From Barthelona sp. PCE (Eukaryota), in assembly GCA_040285745.1 (NCBI GenBank), contig JAUFOR010000004.1:496001-560000 (forward strand): a stretch of 64,000 nt of DNA, written 5' to 3'. Position 1 is the stretch's first letter. Every line of letters begins with the position of its first letter. The notes below the pieces were generated by a model that was not told where the DNA came from, searched no databases, and was given only the letters and a program-made list of their open reading frames with translations. Positions 60,196-64,000 of this stretch are shown piece by piece. Position numbers and translations under genes: made by a program.

Positions 60196-60402
60196 ATGTA
60201 TAAATTATTGGACGTAGAACCAAGTGCGGGCATTGTGCTGGGCACAAGTGAGTTAAAAACCGAATTGAACGAACCTTTTTTTCGTTTACGATTAAAACTG
60301 CAAGAGCAGGACACAGATAAGATTCAATACCGAACCATTGAGGTGTCTCCAGACAAGATGGCCGAGTTCCGTTCTATTTTTGCACGCTTAAGTGATGAAT
60401 AG
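60196..60402 (+). CDS. COMM-domain-only protein, COMMD6-like
   Basis: KLLDVEPSAGIVLGTSE...EPFFRLRLKL....RTIEVSPDKMAEFRSIF parallels COMMD6 LVDFQWKLGMAVSS...PYVAVMLKV...FEMTIPQFQNF. Confidence 0.65.
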   Translation: MYKLLDVEPSAGIVLGTSELKTELNEPFFRLRLKLQEQDTDKIQYRTIEVSPDKMAEFRSIFARLSDE

Positions 60403-60731
60403 TACAGTTTAACATTTTGTCAAATTAATAAGATTGTGATGTGTTTCCATTAAGGATAACTGTTAGATCTTGCTTCAATGTAGATAGTCATGATATCAGA
60501 ACCGTCTCAATCATAGTAAAATACATATTATTAAAGCCGGATTTCAAAGATATTCATTTGGGTGACATACAGGCGCTAGCCTTCAGACTTTATACTTGAG
60601 GTAGTAAACAGCGGAGGGGGACGAAGCGAACCGTCATGTGTAGTAGGTGTCCGTAGGACCCGATACGGTTTTTCTTACCTTTTTCAAAAAAAAATCTTAC
60701 TTTAGTATTGCTGCGCAAGAAATTAATTGCA

Positions 60732-62228
60732 ATGACATACTTTAGAGCGGAAAGGCAAACGAAAGAACAAGTTGCGCGCGCTATCCAGCATAGATGCGAG
60801 ACGTATATTGCGCGCCTGAGTGTCGTGGTTATGGAGACCTTGTGCAAGGTCCACGAGGCGGATCCCGCCGGTAAAGCCCACCTGATTGAGGCTCTCCCGA
60901 GTTACGGGCGCGGCGAGTACGCCGACGTAATGCTCTCACCGTGCGTGTTGAGCGAGGACTTCCGGGGGTGGTTACAAGCATTGGGCGAAGATGAATGTCA
61001 ACAAGGTGTTGACAAGGTCCTCCCAGCAATTTCCTTTAGCCTAGAGAGGTTTAGGGAACTTGCAAATCTTTTCGGCATGCGCCCATCCAAGTCATTAGCC
61101 AAGAATATTGAGGAGTCGGACATTAGAGGAGTCCGAGAGATGATTAGAGCTGCCGAAAATCACTGGAAGGCAGCTCCGGCTCTCATAACGCAGGAACTGG
61201 ATGCGTTCACGGCAGCAAAGAGGGAGGCTGACAAGATCGAGGGAATATCGGACGTCGACAAGAAACAGCTCATCAAGACGATTACGCAACAGGTAACGCA
61301 TGCGAAGGAGCAGGCGCTGAACGAGACGCGGAAGCAGACAATGGCCGCGTGGGAAGAAGAACCATCCGATGACGAGACCGACACCCAGCACACGTCTTCG
61401 AATGCAGGAATGAACACCGCCATGCAGATCGCAAGGGACGCTACCGCTTTGGTGAGCGAGACGATGAAAGAGGCCAGGCAGAGTAGGATGAGAGCCACAA
61501 CCTATAACGAACCTTTCGATGCGGGCATCCAACAAGACAAACTACTCAGGAAGGTCAAACACCAATGGCAAAGAGGTCTGACATACGATAAGTTTATTGC
61601 CGCCATGGACAAGTTCCTCGAGGCGGAGATAAAGCGCAACCCCACGATCTTCGCTGGCGACATTGATCTCGGGCTCTGGAAAGTGGACGACGTCCTTCCG
61701 GACGCGTTTGTCGAGGAGGTGACGGACGACCACAAGGATAATTGGTTCCGCGAGTGGCAAATTCGTCTGAGGGACTTCAAGACGATCTACGAGGACAAGG
61801 TCGGATCCCAGTATGAACACGAGTGGCAAACCAAGCGTTTGTACTTGCTGATGGAAGCCGCAGCGGAAATGGCGTTGGGAGACACTCTCCTACTAATCGG
61901 CAAGCTGTATGAGGAACGGCCACACCTCATCCCGACCTTCATCGCTGCCGTCTCTCCATATGGTCCCAGCCGGGCCAACAGGGCGTCAGGTATCTACAAC
62001 GACGAACTCAACGTCGACCACGTGCCTGACAACTGGGTTGACGAGAATCGCGTGAAGCAATTCCTCACTAAGACGCTGGGAGTCGGTAGCTCCGGCATCA
62101 TGGTCGAGTTTGACCCCACCGCCACCAAGAAGGCGTTCAACCATTCCACGAGAGCCCCCAAGCGCACGCACCGTCCTAAGACGCAAAAGAAGAAACAAGC
62201 GTTTAGCGCCAAAGAGGAGGAGAAGTGA
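60732..62228 (+). CDS. Retroelement ORF1 (gag-like), 498 aa
   Basis: Lies upstream of the RT with the same composition; helical with a basic C-tail (RAPKRTHRPKTQKKK); no recognised motif. Confidence 0.7.
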   Translation: MTYFRAERQTKEQVARAIQHRCETYIARLSVVVMETLCKVHEADPAGKAHLIEALPSYGRGEYADVMLSPCVLSEDFRGWLQALGEDECQQGVDKVLPAISFSLERFRELANLFGMRPSKSLAKNIEESDIRGVREMIRAAENHWKAAPALITQELDAFTAAKREADKIEGISDVDKKQLIKTITQQVTHAKEQALNETRKQTMAAWEEEPSDDETDTQHTSSNAGMNTAMQIARDATALVSETMKEARQSRMRATTYNEPFDAGIQQDKLLRKVKHQWQRGLTYDKFIAAMDKFLEAEIKRNPTIFAGDIDLGLWKVDDVLPDAFVEEVTDDHKDNWFREWQIRLRDFKTIYEDKVGSQYEHEWQTKRLYLLMEAAAEMALGDTLLLIGKLYEERPHLIPTFIAAVSPYGPSRANRASGIYNDELNVDHVPDNWVDENRVKQFLTKTLGVGSSGIMVEFDPTATKKAFNHSTRAPKRTHRPKTQKKKQAFSAKEEEK

Positions 62229-62297
62229 AATCGTTCGTCTCCCCCCGCGCGTGATAGTAAATATCTATCCGACAAGGGTGTGGGAGACGCAAATGAT
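62226..62297 (+). promoter_or_regulatory. Candidate UGA readthrough signal (stop codon plus downstream stem-loop)
   Basis: TGA, 7-nt spacer, then CGTCTCCC (62236-43)/GGGAGACG (62282-89); inner CCC/GGG and GATAG/CTATC; outer ATCGTT/AATGAT. Confidence 0.6.
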
Positions 62298-64000
62298 CCC
62301 AATGCGGTCACAGCGCTCGCGGACAGGGTCGGCGAGCTCTCCATCGAGAACGTCAAATTGAAGAAGGAGATCAAGAGCCTCAAGAAGGAAATCCCTAAGA
62401 AGCAGCTCAAAGCCGCGAAGATGGAACTTCGCGCAGCTACCAAACTCGTGGAGCTCGAAGACAAAAGACTAGAAGCCATCAAAGCTCGGGAAAGGAGCAC
62501 ACAGAAAACAAAAGCACCTGAGGACGTTAAACGGGAGAAGCCCCGTAAGGAGAAAGCACCAACAGCTACTAGCGTGCAGAAGATGATCTCCAAAGAGATC
62601 AACAAACTCAAACACGAGGTTGTAGATGAGCGGAATAACGTCCAAATCTCAAGAAATCCGAAGGAGGTAGTCGGCACAGACACCATGCAGTGGCCGGCCG
62701 CGGCGCCACCAGTAGCTCTGCTGAAGCACCTCCCACCCGACATCTTCCAGAAGGGCGGCCCAAGTCAACGAGTACTCAAAGAGGTGGTCCTAGGGGTTAC
62801 CGGAACATGGGATATCCTCGGAACAGACCAGATGAAGATCAATTCAGCCGACACGCCCACGGAACAGTTCGTGAGGGACGCCGCGCGCGTCGCTGGCCTC
62901 AGCTGCGAAGAAATTGAGAAGACAGTCCGACTGCTCGTGACTGAGGGCGTAACGCGCGACATGGTCGTTATCGAAGGAAAGAAGCCTCGCAGGCAGGAGC
63001 CAGTACGTCACTGGTACAAAGACGACGCCGTCGAATTGAACCTGGCCGTAACCGCGCTCAAAAGTAAGGACCTGATCAAAGAGGTCCCCATCGAAGAGAT
63101 CGAGGACGAACGAAGGGCATTCATTTCCATCGGCGCGGTCCCGAAGAATGCAGAACCGGACTCAAACAACATGTTCGCTCCGACGCAGAAGTTCGAATTT
63201 GACGTCACATCGCCGGACAACGAGCACAGGGTTATCGTCGACTGTACTAACACGAACTCTATGTTCGCCAACATTCCAATGGAACTCATCAAAACCCACT
63301 CTCTCGAGATTGTCATGGGTGGCAATCTCATGTATTCCGTCGACGCAAAGGATGGTTTCACGCTCATTCCACTGGACGAAGAGCTACAAAAACTGTTCTC
63401 ATTTACACACGAAGGTAAGCTTTATCAATGCACTAGAATGCCGTTCGGAGTTTCATTCGGCCCGGCCATCTTCGCCCGCATGATGAACCTGGCAACGACC
63501 GCAATGCGTGCGTTGGGATTCAACATCTGGAGCTACGTCGACGACGCTTTCGGATGGGAACGATCCCTCAGCAAAGCGAGGAACTCGATGATGCTGTTCA
63601 TAATCATCGCGTCGAAACTTGGCATCAAGCTAAACTACAAAAGTCCGTCAGTCCTTCGTACAAATTGGACATCATCGGCTACACGCTGAGCACCGACGAC
63701 CAGTCTGACGGCGGCCGGCTAGTCTCAACAATTAGACCGTCGGACAAGAACATCAGAAAGATCAGAGAGATGGCTCGCGTAATGCGAAATAGAATCGACA
63801 CAGCAGAACAAATCCCTGTCAGGGACATCATGAAGCTCGATGGCAAACTTGTATCATTTGCCAACGCCTCGACGATTCTTCAGCGGGTTCACCTACAGCT
63901 ACAAGCAGTACTGAAGGATCTCGACGCCCAATACGATAACGCGATATTTGACTCGAGCAGGAACAAGGGCCTACGCCTTCTCCTACCTCTTCCACTAGCC
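62229..64000 (+). CDS. Reverse transcriptase ORF (DIRS-type) with a 1-nt frameshift near 63640
   Basis: AVPK...RVIVDC, SVDAKDGFTLIPL, FSFTHEGKLYQCTRMPFGVSFGPAIF, SYVDD, LGIKLN. It continues in the -1 frame as KSVSPSYKLDIIGY...VRDIMKLDGKLVSFA to the window edge. Confidence 0.9.

Larger units (their letters stand above)
60589..64000 (+). mobile_element. DIRS-like (tyrosine-recombinase class) retrotransposon, 5' part; truncated by the window end
   Basis: Abrupt shift to higher GC and CpG content; gag-like ORF followed by a DIRS-type RT with no protease between them. The left boundary is approximate, and RNase H/YR domains are not in the window. Confidence 0.75.

Noticed and set aside
60605-60670. 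Twister or hammerhead ribozyme (GCGGAGGG; GTCCGTAGGAC)
   Set aside because: Catalytic cores (CTGANGA/GAAA, or the twister UAA and pseudoknot partners) are absent
60668-60705. Possible intron GTTTTT...CTTACTTTAG in the element leader
   Set aside because: Donor and branch point differ from the two supported introns (CTTAC plus 5 nt), and no nearby upstream in-frame ATG is gained
62226-62228. Genome-wide TGA reassignment as the explanation for the gag-RT junction
   Set aside because: Host ORFs end in TGA (e.g. 19125-27, 48317-19, 36082-84) and use TGG for Trp with no internal TGA
61994-62743. 249-aa antisense ORF in the retroelement as a possible tyrosine recombinase
   Set aside because: S/L/F-rich mirror of the Lys/Glu-rich sense frame; no R...HxxR...Y motif
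1-64000. tRNA, rRNA or CRISPR arrays
   Set aside because: None recognised by eye; a tRNAscan-SE/Infernal run would be needed to exclude divergent RNAs

Overview
Gene-dense window from a compact, intron-poor eukaryotic (protist) genome; intergenic gaps are mostly under 500 bp. Only two introns are visible (37 and 65 nt). Both end in CTAAC-N4-AG, with the branch point fused to the acceptor as in metamonads such as Giardia and Trichomonas, so a metamonad-like flagellate is likely (inference). About 30 host genes are present, including a giant Tra1/TRRAP-like protein, RPL17, several endolysosomal trafficking factors (Vps39, Vps50, COMMD6-, BORCS7-, KXD1- and M6PR-like), a KIF12-like kinesin, Thg1, MYCBP and several prokaryote-like enzymes. 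There is also a box C/D snoRNA candidate. Three genes are missed or split by the ORF track: a >1270-aa secreted protein at 1-3817, spliced MYCBP, and a spliced KXD1-like gene. The last ~3.4 kb is a GC-richer DIRS-like retrotransposon. Its gag-like ORF and RT ORF are in the same frame, separated by one TGA that is followed by a strong hairpin, which is the architecture of programmed stop-codon readthrough. All protein calls come from motif recognition by eye; no database searches were run.
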